36,376 bases of DNA, taken from a bacterium. Lineage in GTDB: Bacteria; Bacillota; Clostridia; Lachnospirales; Lachnospiraceae. Every line of letters begins with the position of its first letter. Position 1 is the stretch's first letter. Below the pieces are notes generated by a model. That model searched no databases. It worked only from the letters and a program-made list of their open reading frames with translations, and was not told the DNA's origin. Location of the stretch: positions 5,007-41,382 of the forward strand of contig CAVJRB010000229.1 of NCBI GenBank assembly GCA_963651655.1, given 5' to 3'. Below, one piece after another: positions 1 to 10,857 of this stretch. The translations under genes were made by a program, and so were the position numbers.

Positions 1-53
1 GCGCAGGATACCCTGTTTATTTTATTTTTTCAGTTTAAGAAAGGGAGAAGTGT

Positions 54-1766
54 ATGATCAAAAACAGAATATGGAAAAGAATTGCTGCATTGGGATGCTG
101 CCTGCTGACCGGAACAGGACTTTTTTCCGGCTGTATGGCACAGCCTGTGGGAGCAGCGGCTGCAGATGGCGGAATTGTAACGGTTTCCCAGAGCGCAAGG
201 TGGACGGATCTGGAAAATTTCCAGGCGGTAATTTCGGTCAGGGCAGAAGGACTTGGAAATTTGTCATGGACCGGGAACGAAGGGAATGAGGGCAATGAAA
301 GCCCGGAAGGCAAAGCTGCTGGGTTTCAATCTGATGTCGGAAAGGATACATCAGAAATTGAACCAGATACCATCTCAGAAATCCAGTCAGAACCTGCTTC
401 GAATCTGGAGGACACCTCAGAAGTTCTATCAGAATTGTCCTCAGAATCCACACCCGAAACAGTCTCAGGTGTACAATCCCGCCATCTGGTTGTCTGGCTG
501 TCCGAATATTTTCAGCCGGACCTGCCAGCATCTTTGCCGGAAGGCTGTCTGATGGAAGAAATGCCGGTACAAACTGCAGACGGTCGAAGCGCTTCCATCT
601 ACGGTTTCCGATACAAAATAAATCCCGGCGAAACTGAAAAAAATCTGGAAATCCCGGTGAATCTGCGAAGTGAATACCGTTACCAGCTGGAGAAGAGGAA
701 CGTATCCACCTGTCAGGATGCTCCGCTTGAAAAAAATGTGGAAAACAACGGGGACGCAGGGGTTTACATAGTGGAAAAGTCAGGCAGCAGCCAATGCATT
801 ATCTGTCAGACCACCTCGGATTTTCTGGAAATTCCGGCAGGAACCTCGGATTTTTCCGTAGAAGTAAGTCCTGTGGAAGAAACTGCGGTCGCCGGCAGCC
901 GGATTCTGATGAACGCCAGTCTTAAAAACACCGGGCAAGTACCTTTCTACCATATTTCCCTGCAGGCCCAAACCTCTGATGGGGATATCATACCAGTGTG
1001 GGAAAATGAGCCAAACTTAGAGGTGTCCCAGGAAGGTGCCCTGCTGGAAAGTCTTGCAGAAGGAGAAACAAGAACCCTTTCCTTTTATGCAGACACTTCC
1101 TCCGCGCAAAAAGGAGAGCTTACTTTCGAAGTTCTGGCACAAACCCAGGAACCCATATCCCTTGAGCGTACCGGGACGGCACAGGTGATCGTCCAGCCCT
1201 CAAAAGCCTCTTTTACAGTGAAAAAAACGGCAGACTGCGACACAGCCTGCCCAGGTGATACAGTGACCTACCAGATCAGTATTCACAACACCGGGCAGCA
1301 GACCCTTCATTCTGTCATTACTACAGAACGGTTCCAAATGGCAGGCGTTTCCGCCGCTTTCCTGGAGCAGGAGGGCGTGACCCTGAACAAGACGAAAACC
1401 CAGGCGAAAATTCCGGAAATCGTCCCGGGAGGATGCGTAAATTTAAAAGCAAGAGTTGTGCTGCCTGACCAGTTGGAAGATCAGAATCTGGTAAATCAGG
1501 TTATTGTAGTTACAGATGAAACAGGAGAAGATGAGGCAGTTCGGGATCAGACTTCCATACGGGTAGAAAATAAGAAAACTTCAGATACTGTTTCCTCTGG
1601 GGCAAAATCCGGGAACGGCAGCTCTGGCGCAGGCAGAACTGGCAAAGGCCAGGCTCCAAAGACCGGGGATAATTCTCACAGAGAACTGTTCCAGGCATTG
1701 ATTTTAGTGTCTTTTCTGATTTCAGCCCTGGCTGCCAGACGGATGTTTTTTCGCAGGAAAGATTGA
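54..1766 (+). CDS. Secreted, sortase-anchored surface protein with DUF11/Ig-like domain(s)
   Basis: SD AAGGGAG upstream. Basic+hydrophobic N-terminal signal peptide; DUF11-type motif KTADCDTACPGDTVTYQISIHNTG; C-terminal APKTG sorting motif, hydrophobic helix and RRKD tail. Confidence 0.8.
   Translation: MIKNRIWKRIAALGCCLLTGTGLFSGCMAQPVGAAAADGGIVTVSQSARWTDLENFQAVISVRAEGLGNLSWTGNEGNEGNESPEGKAAGFQSDVGKDTSEIEPDTISEIQSEPASNLEDTSEVLSELSSESTPETVSGVQSRHLVVWLSEYFQPDLPASLPEGCLMEEMPVQTADGRSASIYGFRYKINPGETEKNLEIPVNLRSEYRYQLEKRNVSTCQDAPLEKNVENNGDAGVYIVEKSGSSQCIICQTTSDFLEIPAGTSDFSVEVSPVEETAVAGSRILMNASLKNTGQVPFYHISLQAQTSDGDIIPVWENEPNLEVSQEGALLESLAEGETRTLSFYADTSSAQKGELTFEVLAQTQEPISLERTGTAQVIVQPSKASFTVKKTADCDTACPGDTVTYQISIHNTGQQTLHSVITTERFQMAGVSAAFLEQEGVTLNKTKTQAKIPEIVPGGCVNLKARVVLPDQLEDQNLVNQVIVVTDETGEDEAVRDQTSIRVENKKTSDTVSSGAKSGNGSSGAGRTGKGQAPKTGDNSHRELFQALILVSFLISALAARRMFFRRKD
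351..470 (+). repeat. 12-bp-period TCAGAA (Ser-Glu-x-x) coding repeats in the surface-protein linker
   Basis: TCAGAA at 351, 375, 387, 417, 429, 441; degenerate copies at 363, 399, 453, 465. Confidence 0.6.
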
Positions 1767-1791
1767 AAACAATTACGGTGTGTGCTATTCT
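1763..1791 (+). promoter_or_regulatory. sigmaA promoter of the murE-priA...thiN operon
   Basis: TTGAAA (1763-1768), 17 bp, TATTCT (1786-1791) with extended TG at 1783-1784; SD GGGAGG before murE. Confidence 0.7.
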
Positions 1792-1828
1792 ATAAAAGAG
1801 TACGTTCAAATATAGGGAGGCATGTATA

Positions 1829-3286
1829 ATGAAATTATCATCCTTATTAGAGAAGTTAGAATACACCTGCGTACAGGGGAATCCCCAGCAGGAAGTTACC
1901 GGTGTTGTTTATGACTCCAGAAAAGTAACAGAAGGTTCTCTGTTTATCTGTATCAGAGGCGCTGTTGTGGATGGACATAAATTTGTACCGGATGTAGTAG
2001 CCAAGGGAGCGAAGGTTCTGGTTGTGGAAGAGCCTGTCACTGCGCCCTCTGACGTTACCGTCATTCAGGTAGCAGATACCAGATATGCCATGGCATTTAT
2101 TGCTGCAGCCTGGTTCGGACATCCGGCAGAGAAGTTAAAGACAATTGGAATTACCGGAACCAAGGGAAAAACCACCACTACTTACATGGTGAAATCCATT
2201 CTGGAAAATGCAGGATACAAGGTTGGCCTGATCGGTACCATCGAGGCGATCATTGGCGATAAGGTGATCCCTGCTTCCAATACCACACCGGAATCCTATG
2301 TGGTACAGGAATATTTCCACGAGATGGTGGAAGCTGGATGCGACTGTGTGGTTATGGAGGTTTCCTCACAGGGACTTATGCTCCACCGCACCCAGGGCTT
2401 TGTGTTTGATTTTGGTATTTTCACCAACATTGAGCCAGACCACATCGGACCCAATGAGCATAAGGATTTTGACCATTATCTGTCCTGCAAGGCTATGCTT
2501 CTGAAGCAGTGCCGGGTAGGAATCGTAAACCGGGATGACGAGCACTTTGACCGGATCGTAGAGGGACATACCTGCACACTGGAGACATATGGATTTTCCG
2601 AGAAAGCAGATCTTCGCGCAGAGGATGCCAAGCTGGTTGGCGGCAAGGGATATCTTGGAATTTCCTACCATCTGAAGGGACTTATGGATTTCCCTGTGGA
2701 AATCGACATTCCAGGTAAATTCAGCATCTATAATTCCCTTACAGCCATTGCAATCTGCCGTCACTTCAAGGTTTCCAAAGAGAATATTCTGAAAGCCCTG
2801 AAGGTAGCCAAAGTAAAAGGCCGTATTGAGATGGTGAAGGTATCCGATGAGTTTACCCTGATGATCGATTATGCACATAACGCAATGGCACTGGAAAGCC
2901 TTCTTACCACTCTTCGCGAGTATCATCCGCACAGACTGGTGTGCCTGTTTGGCTGCGGCGGCAACCGTTCCAAACTTCGCCGTTATGAGATGGGCGAGGT
3001 TTCAGGACGTCTGGCAGACCTGACCATTATCACTTCCGATAACCCAAGAGATGAGGAGCCGCAGGCGATCATCGATGATATCAAGGTAGGAATGGCCAAG
3101 ACAGAGGGCAAATATGTGGAGATTCCGGACCGCAAGGAAGCAATCGCATATGCCATCCACCACGGCGAGCCAGGAGACATCATAGTTCTTGCTGGCAAGG
3201 GCCACGAGGATTACCAGGAAATCAAAGGCAAGAAATATCCAATGGATGAGCGCGTGCTGATCGCAGATATCCTTGCCGGAAAATAA
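1829..3286 (+). CDS. murE: UDP-N-acetylmuramoyl-L-alanyl-D-glutamate--2,6-diaminopimelate ligase
   Basis: P-loop GITGTKGKTTT, TTPES, MEVSSQ, DYAHN, DNPR (meso-DAP specificity motif), AGKGHEDYQ. Confidence 0.95.
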   Translation: MKLSSLLEKLEYTCVQGNPQQEVTGVVYDSRKVTEGSLFICIRGAVVDGHKFVPDVVAKGAKVLVVEEPVTAPSDVTVIQVADTRYAMAFIAAAWFGHPAEKLKTIGITGTKGKTTTTYMVKSILENAGYKVGLIGTIEAIIGDKVIPASNTTPESYVVQEYFHEMVEAGCDCVVMEVSSQGLMLHRTQGFVFDFGIFTNIEPDHIGPNEHKDFDHYLSCKAMLLKQCRVGIVNRDDEHFDRIVEGHTCTLETYGFSEKADLRAEDAKLVGGKGYLGISYHLKGLMDFPVEIDIPGKFSIYNSLTAIAICRHFKVSKENILKALKVAKVKGRIEMVKVSDEFTLMIDYAHNAMALESLLTTLREYHPHRLVCLFGCGGNRSKLRRYEMGEVSGRLADLTIITSDNPRDEEPQAIIDDIKVGMAKTEGKYVEIPDRKEAIAYAIHHGEPGDIIVLAGKGHEDYQEIKGKKYPMDERVLIADILAGK

Positions 3287-3289
3287 AAC

Positions 3290-5518
3290 ATGACCTATGC
3301 AGATATTATTGTAGATATTTCCCATGAAAAGCTGGACAAAAGCTTTCAGTATCTGGTTCCCCAGCAGTTGGAGGACCGGATTCAGGTGGGAATGGTGGTG
3401 CAGATTCCTTTCGGAAGGGGAAACCATGTGCGAAAGGGATATGTGGTGGGGCTTTCCGGGAAGCCTAAGGTGGACGGAAGCTGTATCAAGTCCATTGTAA
3501 GCATTGAGAACGACCAGGAGACCATTGAATCCCGGCTGATCGCCCTTGCGGGATGGATGAAGGAGCATTACGGTTCTACCATGATCCAGGCGTTAAAAAC
3601 CGTACTTCCCATTCAGAAAAAGGTGAAAGCCCAGGAAAAACGGTGGATAACCCTTTCCATTTCCAGGGAAGATGGGGAAAAGCTTCTGGAAGAGCTAAAG
3701 AAAACCCGGTTCAAGGCCAGAATCCGTCTTCTTGAGGCATTACTTGGGGAAGAGGAAGGCAGAATCGAGGCATCTCTGGCACTGAAGGAGCTTGGAACTA
3801 CCGCGTCAGTTCTGAAGTATTTTACAGAAAACAAGGTTGTCACTGTGGAATCTGACCAGATTTACCGAAATGCGGTTTATGAAGCGGAGAAGATTCCCCG
3901 CCTGGCACCGGATACCTTAAGTGATCCGCAGAAAAAGGCAGTAGAACAGATTCTTGCAGAGTGGCAAAAGCCTGCGCCCCGTCCGGTGCTCCTTCACGGT
4001 GTCACCGGAAGCGGCAAGACCCAGGTTTATATGGAACTGATCGACCAGGTGATCCGGCAGGGCAGACAGGCCATTGTGCTGATCCCTGAGATTGCGCTTA
4101 CCTATCAAACGGTGAGACGTTTTTACGGGCGATTTGGTGATAAGGTATCCGTGATCAATTCCAGGCTTTCCCAGGGGGAGCGCTACGACCAGTTCAAAAG
4201 AGCAAAGCAGGGGGAACTCCAGGTAATGGTAGGTCCCCGTTCTGCACTTTTTACTCCCTTTGGGAACTTAGGGCTGATCATTATTGACGAGGAACATGAA
4301 TCCTCCTATAAAAGTGAGAATAGTCCCAGGTACCATGCCCGGGAAACTGCCATATACAGGGCGAAAATGGAAGGGGCAAATGTGATACTTGGTTCTGCCA
4401 CCCCATCGATGGAAGCCTACTACCGCGCCAGTACAGGGGAATATGCCCTGGTGAAGCTGGAGGCCAGATATGAAGAGCGGCCTCTTCCCCAGGTATCAAT
4501 TGTGGATATGCGGGAACAATTAAAAAAAGGCAACCGCTCCGCTCTTAGCATGGAGCTGAAAGCAGCCCTTGGCCAGTGCCTTGCAAAAGGGGAGCAGGCC
4601 ATGCTGTTTCTCAACCGCCGTGGTTATGCAGGCTTTGTGTCCTGCCGTTCCTGCGGCCATGTGATGAAATGTCCGCACTGCGACGTTTCCCTAAGTGAGC
4701 ATAATGGAAGAAAGCTGATCTGCCATTACTGCGGCTATGAGACAGCTAAGCCGGACAGATGTCCGGTCTGTTCCTCTCCTTATATAGGAGGCTTTAAGGC
4801 TGGAACCCAGCAGATTCAGCAGGTGGTGGAAAAAGAATTTCCAGAGGCGAGAGTCCTTCGCATGGATTACGACACCACACGGGCCAAAGGCAGCTATGAG
4901 GAAATCCTGGAAGCCTTTTCCCAGCACAGGGCAGACATCCTCATTGGAACCCAGATGATCGTCAAGGGACATGATTTTCCGGATGTAACCTTAGTCGGCG
5001 TGATCGCGGCGGATCTTTCCCTGAATGCAGATGATTACCGCAGCGGGGAGCGCACCTTCCAGCTTCTGACTCAGGCAGTTGGACGTTCCGGAAGAGGCAA
5101 AAAAGAGGGGCACGCCCTGATCCAGACCTACAGCCCGGATCATTACAGCATCCAGACAGCGTCCAGGCAGGACTACGAGGAGTTCTATGAGGAGGAGATG
5201 GGATACCGGATCCTTATGGATTATCCGCCCTCTGCCCATATGATGGCAGTGCTTGGAGTGTCGGAGGATGAGGCTGTGCTGGAGGCAGCCATGCATTATC
5301 TCAGGCTGTTTGTGGACAAGCTTCACTCTGGAAAGGAGCTGCATGTGATCGGCCCCGCCCCGGCATCTGTGGGAAAAGTAAAAGACATATACAGAAGAGT
5401 AATCTATCTGAAGCATGAGAATTATGACCTGCTTGTGCGGATCAAGGACAGGCTGGAGGAATATATTGAAATTAATTCCGGCTTCAGGAAGGTAAATATA
5501 CAGTTTGATTTTTTATAA
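3290..5518 (+). CDS. priA: Primosomal protein N' (replication restart helicase)
   Basis: GVTGSGKT Walker A, DEEH, GSATP, four CxxC Zn pairs, [20 protein letters not shown]. Confidence 0.96.
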   Translation: MTYADIIVDISHEKLDKSFQYLVPQQLEDRIQVGMVVQIPFGRGNHVRKGYVVGLSGKPKVDGSCIKSIVSIENDQETIESRLIALAGWMKEHYGSTMIQALKTVLPIQKKVKAQEKRWITLSISREDGEKLLEELKKTRFKARIRLLEALLGEEEGRIEASLALKELGTTASVLKYFTENKVVTVESDQIYRNAVYEAEKIPRLAPDTLSDPQKKAVEQILAEWQKPAPRPVLLHGVTGSGKTQVYMELIDQVIRQGRQAIVLIPEIALTYQTVRRFYGRFGDKVSVINSRLSQGERYDQFKRAKQGELQVMVGPRSALFTPFGNLGLIIIDEEHESSYKSENSPRYHARETAIYRAKMEGANVILGSATPSMEAYYRASTGEYALVKLEARYEERPLPQVSIVDMREQLKKGNRSALSMELKAALGQCLAKGEQAMLFLNRRGYAGFVSCRSCGHVMKCPHCDVSLSEHNGRKLICHYCGYETAKPDRCPVCSSPYIGGFKAGTQQIQQVVEKEFPEARVLRMDYDTTRAKGSYEEILEAFSQHRADILIGTQMIVKGHDFPDVTLVGVIAADLSLNADDYRSGERTFQLLTQAVGRSGRGKKEGHALIQTYSPDHYSIQTASRQDYEEFYEEEMGYRILMDYPPSAHMMAVLGVSEDEAVLEAAMHYLRLFVDKLHSGKELHVIGPAPASVGKVKDIYRRVIYLKHENYDLLVRIKDRLEEYIEINSGFRKVNIQFDFL

Positions 5519-5538
5519 GAAAAAGGAGATTAAATAAG

Positions 5539-6021
5539 ATGGCACTTAGAACAATCAGAACAGAGGGAGATCCCGTTTTGGAGAAAATCTGCAGACCTGT
5601 AGAGAAAATTGACAAGCGTACAAAGGACCTGGTAGGAGATATGCTGGAGACCATGTACGATGCCTGCGGTGTAGGTCTTGCAGCCCCTCAGGTAGGCGTA
5701 TTAAAAAGAATCGTAGTGATCGATATCGGAGACGGCCCGCTGGTTCTTGTAAACCCGGAAATCCTTATGAATTCCGGTGAGCAGACTGGTGAGGAAGGAT
5801 GCTTAAGCGTTCCGGGAATGTCCGGTCAGGTTACCCGCCCCAACTATGTGAAGGTAAAAGCCCTTGACATGGATATGAAAGAGCAGGAATACGAAGGAGA
5901 AGGACTTCTTGCAAGAGCTTTTTGTCATGAGATCGATCATCTGGATGGAAAAATGTACACCCGTCTGGTTGAAGGCGAGCTCCATCATGTAAGCTATGAT
6001 AACGAGGAGGAAGAAGACTAA
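5539..6021 (+). CDS. def: Peptide deformylase
   Basis: [13 protein letters not shown] and HEIDH motifs; adjacent to fmt. Confidence 0.97.
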   Translation: MALRTIRTEGDPVLEKICRPVEKIDKRTKDLVGDMLETMYDACGVGLAAPQVGVLKRIVVIDIGDGPLVLVNPEILMNSGEQTGEEGCLSVPGMSGQVTRPNYVKVKALDMDMKEQEYEGEGLLARAFCHEIDHLDGKMYTRLVEGELHHVSYDNEEEED

Positions 6022-6972
6022 ATGAGAATTGTTTATATGGGAACACCGGATTTTGCGGTGAATCCGCTTCATGCTCTGGCAGAAGCCGGATATGAAGTTG
6101 TGGGTGTTGTCACACAGCCTGACAAGCCAAAGGGTAGAGGAAAGACCATGCTGCCCACACCTGTAAAGGAAGAGGCAATGAAGCATGGATTTCCTGTTTT
6201 TCAGCCGGTGAAAGTGCGGGACCCGGAATTTCAGGAGGTTCTGAAGGGACTGGAGCCTGACATTATTGTGGTTGCTGCTTTCGGACAGATCATTCCGAAG
6301 AGCATTCTGGAACTGCCAAAGTACGGATGCATCAACATCCATGCTTCTCTGCTTCCAAAATACCGCGGTGCAGCACCAATCCAGCAGGCTGTGATTGACG
6401 GGGAAAAGGAATCTGGCGTAACGATCATGCAGATGGGAACCGGTCTTGATACAGGAGATATGATTTCCAAGATCATAGTACCCCTTGCTGCAGATGAGAC
6501 GGGCGGAAGCCTGTTTGACAAGCTGGCAGAGGCAGGCGCGAAACTTCTTATTGAGACTTTGCCTCATATTTTTGACGGCACAGCCGTTTACGAGAAGCAG
6601 CCGGAAGAAAGCCCTACTCCATATGCAGGCATGATCACAAAGCAGATGGGGCTGATGGATTTCTCCAAATCTGCCGCAGAACTGGAAAGACTTGTGCGAG
6701 GCTTAAATCCGTGGCCAAGTGCATTTACCTTCTATAATGGCAAAACATTAAAGGTATGGGAGAGCTTCGTGGCAGAGAGTGATGATCTTAACCAGGCAGA
6801 ACCTGGAACCGTTGTAAAAACAGACAAAAAAGGAATTTATGTGGCCTGCGGCGAGGGCGTTCTGGTACTTTCCCAGGTTCAGTTAGAAGGAAAGAAAAGA
6901 ATGGAGGCAGACGCATTCCTTCGCGGATGTCACATAGAAGCCGGAAACAGATTCACAGATAAAAAGGAGTGA
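6022..6972 (+). CDS. fmt: Methionyl-tRNA formyltransferase
   Basis: MRIVYMGTPDFA, TQPDKPKGRG, NIHASLLPKYRGAAPI. Confidence 0.97.
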   Translation: MRIVYMGTPDFAVNPLHALAEAGYEVVGVVTQPDKPKGRGKTMLPTPVKEEAMKHGFPVFQPVKVRDPEFQEVLKGLEPDIIVVAAFGQIIPKSILELPKYGCINIHASLLPKYRGAAPIQQAVIDGEKESGVTIMQMGTGLDTGDMISKIIVPLAADETGGSLFDKLAEAGAKLLIETLPHIFDGTAVYEKQPEESPTPYAGMITKQMGLMDFSKSAAELERLVRGLNPWPSAFTFYNGKTLKVWESFVAESDDLNQAEPGTVVKTDKKGIYVACGEGVLVLSQVQLEGKKRMEADAFLRGCHIEAGNRFTDKKE

Positions 6973-6976
6973 TCGT

Positions 6977-7690
6977 ATGTACGGATATGGATATCCTTAT
7001 GGATTTTATTTTGATCCTACCTATGTTTTGCTGATTATCGGAATGATCCTGGCGCTGGCAGCTTCCGGAAAGATGAAAAGCACTTTCGCCCGCTACCAGC
7101 AGGTGAGAAGCCATTCCGGCCTTACCGGAGCACAGACTGCCCAGAGGATTTTAAGTGCGGCAGGAATCTATGATGTGACAGTGGTTCCCATTGCAGGAAG
7201 CCTCACGGATCACTATGATCCAAGAACAAAGAAGCTGGCACTTTCCCAGGACGTATACGGAAGAACTTCTGTGGCTGCTGTGTGCGTAGCTGCCCATGAG
7301 TGCGGACACGCTATTCAGCACAATGTGAATTATGCACCGCTGAATATCCGTTCTGCCATTGTACCAGTGGCAAATATCGGATCTTCTCTTTCCTGGCCGA
7401 TCTTTCTTCTGGGACTGATCCTTTCCATTCCGGCTCTTACCACAGCAGGAATCGTGCTGTTTTCACTGGCAGTGCTGTTCCAGCTTGTGACTCTTCCGGT
7501 AGAGTTTAATGCTTCCTCAAGAGCCCTGAAAATGCTGGAAAGTACCGGAATTCTCAATCCCGAGGAAAATGCAGGTGCAAAAAAGGTGCTTACTGCAGCG
7601 GCTCTGACCTATGTGGCAGCGCTGGCTTCTTCCATTTTGCAGCTTTTGAGACTGATCATACTTTCCGGAGGTAGAAGACGGGATGATTAA
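6977..7690 (+). CDS. Membrane neutral zinc metallopeptidase (YugP / Zn_peptidase_2 family)
   Basis: LTDHYDP, AAHECGHAIQ (HExxH), LPVEFNAS, AALTYVA; several TM helices; conserved position between fmt and rsmB. Confidence 0.9.
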   Translation: MYGYGYPYGFYFDPTYVLLIIGMILALAASGKMKSTFARYQQVRSHSGLTGAQTAQRILSAAGIYDVTVVPIAGSLTDHYDPRTKKLALSQDVYGRTSVAAVCVAAHECGHAIQHNVNYAPLNIRSAIVPVANIGSSLSWPIFLLGLILSIPALTTAGIVLFSLAVLFQLVTLPVEFNASSRALKMLESTGILNPEENAGAKKVLTAAALTYVAALASSILQLLRLIILSGGRRRDD

Positions 7691-9032
7691 CGGAATCAAT
7701 TCCAGGGAAATGATCCTGGAAATATTACTTGAAATTGAAGAGGGCGAGCACAGCCATGTGGCAATCCGAAACGCCCTTTCCAAATACCAGTTTCTTCCCA
7801 AGCAGGACCGGGCATTTATTACCCGGGTCTGTGAGGGAACCTTAGAGTACCGGATACAGATTGATTACATTATCAATTCTTTTTCCAAGGTAACGGTAGA
7901 CAAGATGAAGCCTGCCATTCGGGAAATCTTAAGAAGTGCGGTATACCAGCTGAAATATATGGACAGTGTGCCGGACAGCGCAGTGTGCAATGAAGCTGTG
8001 AAGCTGGCACAGCGCAAGGGCTTTTATAACCTGAAGCCTTTTGTAAACGGTGTGCTTCGCACCATTGCGAGGGAAATGGACAAGGTCAGCTTCCCTAAGA
8101 GGGAAGAGAACCTTCTGAAATATCTTTCCGTGAAGTATTCCATGCCGGAGAATCTGGTAACAAGGTGGCTGGATGCATATGGAGAGGAAACTACAGAAAA
8201 GATCCTGGCTGATTTTCTTACCGAGCGGCCTCTTACCATCCGCTGCCGCACCTATCTGAATTCCAAAGAAGAAATTGTGAAAAGCCTGGAAAATCAGGGC
8301 GTAGAGGTAACGCCTGCCCCTTATCTTCCTTATGCATATGGAATTTCCGGTTTCAACCATATTCTTGCACTGGATGCATTTATTAAGGGGCAGGTTGTGG
8401 TGCAGGATGTAAGTTCCATGCTGGTTGCAGAAGTAGCCAATCCCAAAAAGGGCGACTATGTGATCGATGTGTGCGCGGCACCGGGAGGCAAAAGCCTTCA
8501 CATGGGTGACAAGATGGAAGGCTACGGAACTGTGGATGCCAGGGATGTGAGCCAGTACAAGGTGAACCTGATCGAGGAGAACATCCAGAGAACCAACTCC
8601 ATCAATGTGCAGGCGAAGGTACAGGATGCCACCGTTTTTGATCAGGAGTCAGAGCTGCTGGCAGACATTGTGATCGCAGATGTTCCCTGCTCCGGCTATG
8701 GCGTCATCGGCAAGAAACCGGAGATCAAATACCGGGTAACACCCCAGAAACAGGAAGAAATCGTAATCCTGCAGAGAACCATTCTGGACCGTGCAGCCAA
8801 CTATGTGAAGCCAAGAGGGGAACTGATCTTCAGTACCTGCACCATTGCAAAAGAAGAAAACGAAGAGAATATGATGTGGTTTTTGCAGAATTATCCGTTT
8901 AAGCTGGAAAGCCTGGATCCTTATCTTCCAGAGGAACTGCATTCTGAGACAACAGCTCTTGGATATCTGCAGCTGCTTCCTGGCGTACATAAGACAGATG
9001 GATTTTTTATTGCAAAATTCAGAAGAAAATAG
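7683..9032 (+). CDS. rsmB: 16S rRNA m5C967 methyltransferase (Sun/RsmB)
   Basis: NusB-like N-domain (NEAV, FVNGVLR), QDVSS, DVCAAPGGKS, DVPCSG, STC, DGFFIA. Confidence 0.95.
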   Translation: MINGINSREMILEILLEIEEGEHSHVAIRNALSKYQFLPKQDRAFITRVCEGTLEYRIQIDYIINSFSKVTVDKMKPAIREILRSAVYQLKYMDSVPDSAVCNEAVKLAQRKGFYNLKPFVNGVLRTIAREMDKVSFPKREENLLKYLSVKYSMPENLVTRWLDAYGEETTEKILADFLTERPLTIRCRTYLNSKEEIVKSLENQGVEVTPAPYLPYAYGISGFNHILALDAFIKGQVVVQDVSSMLVAEVANPKKGDYVIDVCAAPGGKSLHMGDKMEGYGTVDARDVSQYKVNLIEENIQRTNSINVQAKVQDATVFDQESELLADIVIADVPCSGYGVIGKKPEIKYRVTPQKQEEIVILQRTILDRAANYVKPRGELIFSTCTIAKEENEENMMWFLQNYPFKLESLDPYLPEELHSETTALGYLQLLPGVHKTDGFFIAKFRRK

Positions 9033-9043
9033 GAAACGAAATT

Positions 9044-10084
9044 ATGACAGACATTAAGTCCATGAATAAAGAAGAACTGAAGGATCTGATGGTACAGATT
9101 GGAGAAAAACCTTTTCGTGCCAAGCAGATCTACAGCTGGCTTCATGAACACCTGGTAACTTCTTATGAAGAAATGGGAAATATCCCGGGAAAATTAAAAG
9201 AAAAACTGAAGGAATATCCCATCACGGCCCTGGAAATGGTGGACGAGCAGATTTCCGCCATTGACGGCACAAGGAAATATCTGTTCCGTCTTTCTGATGG
9301 AAATGTGATCGAGAGCGTTCTCATGCGTTATAAACATGGGAACTCTGTGTGCATTTCCTCCCAGGTAGGCTGCAAAATGGGATGCCGTTTCTGTGCCTCC
9401 ACCATTGGAGGCTGGACCAGAAACCTGCTTCCTTCCGAGATGCTGGACCAGATCTACCGGATCCAGAGCATTACAGGCGAGCGTGTATCCAATGTAGTTG
9501 TGATGGGAACAGGCGAGCCGATGGATAACTATGATAATATTGTACGTTTTGTACATCTGCTTTCCGAGGAAGGCGGTCTTAATATCAGCCAGAGGAATAT
9601 AACCGTATCGACCTGCGGAATTGTTCCGAAAATCTATGAGCTTGCAAAGGAAAAGCTGCAGATTACGCTTGCGTTATCCCTGCATGCCCCAAATGATGAG
9701 AAAAGGCGTGAGCTTATGCCCATTGCCAACCGCTACAGTATGGATGAGGTCCTGGATGCATGCCGGAATTATTTCCAGGAAACAGGCAGGAGAATCACCT
9801 TTGAATACAGTCTTGTGGCTGGTGTTAATGACAGTGATGAGGACGCAAAAGAGTTAAGCAGCCGGATCCATGACATAAACTGTCATGTAAATCTGATTCC
9901 TGTGAACCCGATCAAAGAGCGTTCTTACAGGCGTTCCACCCATCAGGCTGTGGAGAATTTTAAAATAAAACTTGAAAAATGCGGAATTAATGTTACTATT
10001 AGAAGGGAAATGGGCAGTGATATAGACGGTGCCTGTGGACAATTGAGAAAGAGTTATATGGAAAAAGGTTACGATCAGCAGTAA
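9044..10084 (+). CDS. rlmN: Dual-specificity RNA m2A methyltransferase (radical SAM)
   Basis: CISSQVGCKMGCRFC (CxxxCxxC), MGTGEP, SLHA, GACGQL. Confidence 0.96.
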   Translation: MTDIKSMNKEELKDLMVQIGEKPFRAKQIYSWLHEHLVTSYEEMGNIPGKLKEKLKEYPITALEMVDEQISAIDGTRKYLFRLSDGNVIESVLMRYKHGNSVCISSQVGCKMGCRFCASTIGGWTRNLLPSEMLDQIYRIQSITGERVSNVVVMGTGEPMDNYDNIVRFVHLLSEEGGLNISQRNITVSTCGIVPKIYELAKEKLQITLALSLHAPNDEKRRELMPIANRYSMDEVLDACRNYFQETGRRITFEYSLVAGVNDSDEDAKELSSRIHDINCHVNLIPVNPIKERSYRRSTHQAVENFKIKLEKCGINVTIRREMGSDIDGACGQLRKSYMEKGYDQQ

Positions 10085-10110
10085 CCAAGAAGCAGAAAGC
10101 GAGAAGTGAC

Positions 10111-10857
10111 ATGAGGGTATATTCAGCTACGAATATCGGAATGAAGCGGAAGATGAACCAGGATTATGTGTTCGCTTCCCAGACCCCGGTTGGAAATCTC
10201 CCGAACCTCTTTGCTGTTGCTGATGGAATGGGAGGGCATAACGCAGGTGATTACGCTTCCTCTCACGCTGTCAGGATACTGGTAGATGAAATCAGGGAAG
10301 ATACGGATTACAATCCAGTAAAGGTAATCCGCCATGCCATCGAGACTGCTAACACAGAAATTATAGAACAGGCACAGAAAGACGAGAAGCTTCGTGGAAT
10401 GGGCACCACCATGGTGGTAGCCACCATTGTTGGCCAGTATGCCTATGTGGCCAATGTGGGAGACAGCAGACTGTATGTGGCAGACAAACAACTGAGACAG
10501 GTTACCAGAGATCATTCGCTGGTACAGGAAATGGTAAGAATGGGTGAAATCACAGCCGAGGAGGCACGGAATCATCCCGATAAGAATATTATCACCAGAG
10601 CGCTTGGTGCAGAGAAGACCGTAGATGTGGATTTCTTTGACATGCGTCTGGAGCCGGGAAGTACGATTCTGATGTGCTCGGACGGTCTTTCCAATATGGT
10701 TGAGGATTCCAAGATGGAAGAGATCATATTGAATTCCGATGAGGACATTAACTGGAAAGGGGAGACCCTGATCCGGGAGGCCAACAACAACGGCGGCAAA
10801 GACAACATTGCAATAGTATTGGTAGAACCATTCACGAATGAGGTGGAAACATGTTAA
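10111..10857 (+). CDS. prpC: PP2C-type Ser/Thr protein phosphatase (Stp1/PrpC)
   Basis: RKMNQD, ADGMGGH, GMGTT, NVGDSR, DHS, CSDGL, GGKDN; overlaps the kinase start. Confidence 0.93.
   Translation: MRVYSATNIGMKRKMNQDYVFASQTPVGNLPNLFAVADGMGGHNAGDYASSHAVRILVDEIREDTDYNPVKVIRHAIETANTEIIEQAQKDEKLRGMGTTMVVATIVGQYAYVANVGDSRLYVADKQLRQVTRDHSLVQEMVRMGEITAEEARNHPDKNIITRALGAEKTVDVDFFDMRLEPGSTILMCSDGLSNMVEDSKMEEIILNSDEDINWKGETLIREANNNGGKDNIAIVLVEPFTNEVETC

Noticed and set aside
1..34. Short hairpin plus T-tract upstream of the surface protein (possible riboswitch terminator)
   Set aside because: Only a 4-5-bp stem and truncated by the window edge; no aptamer visible.
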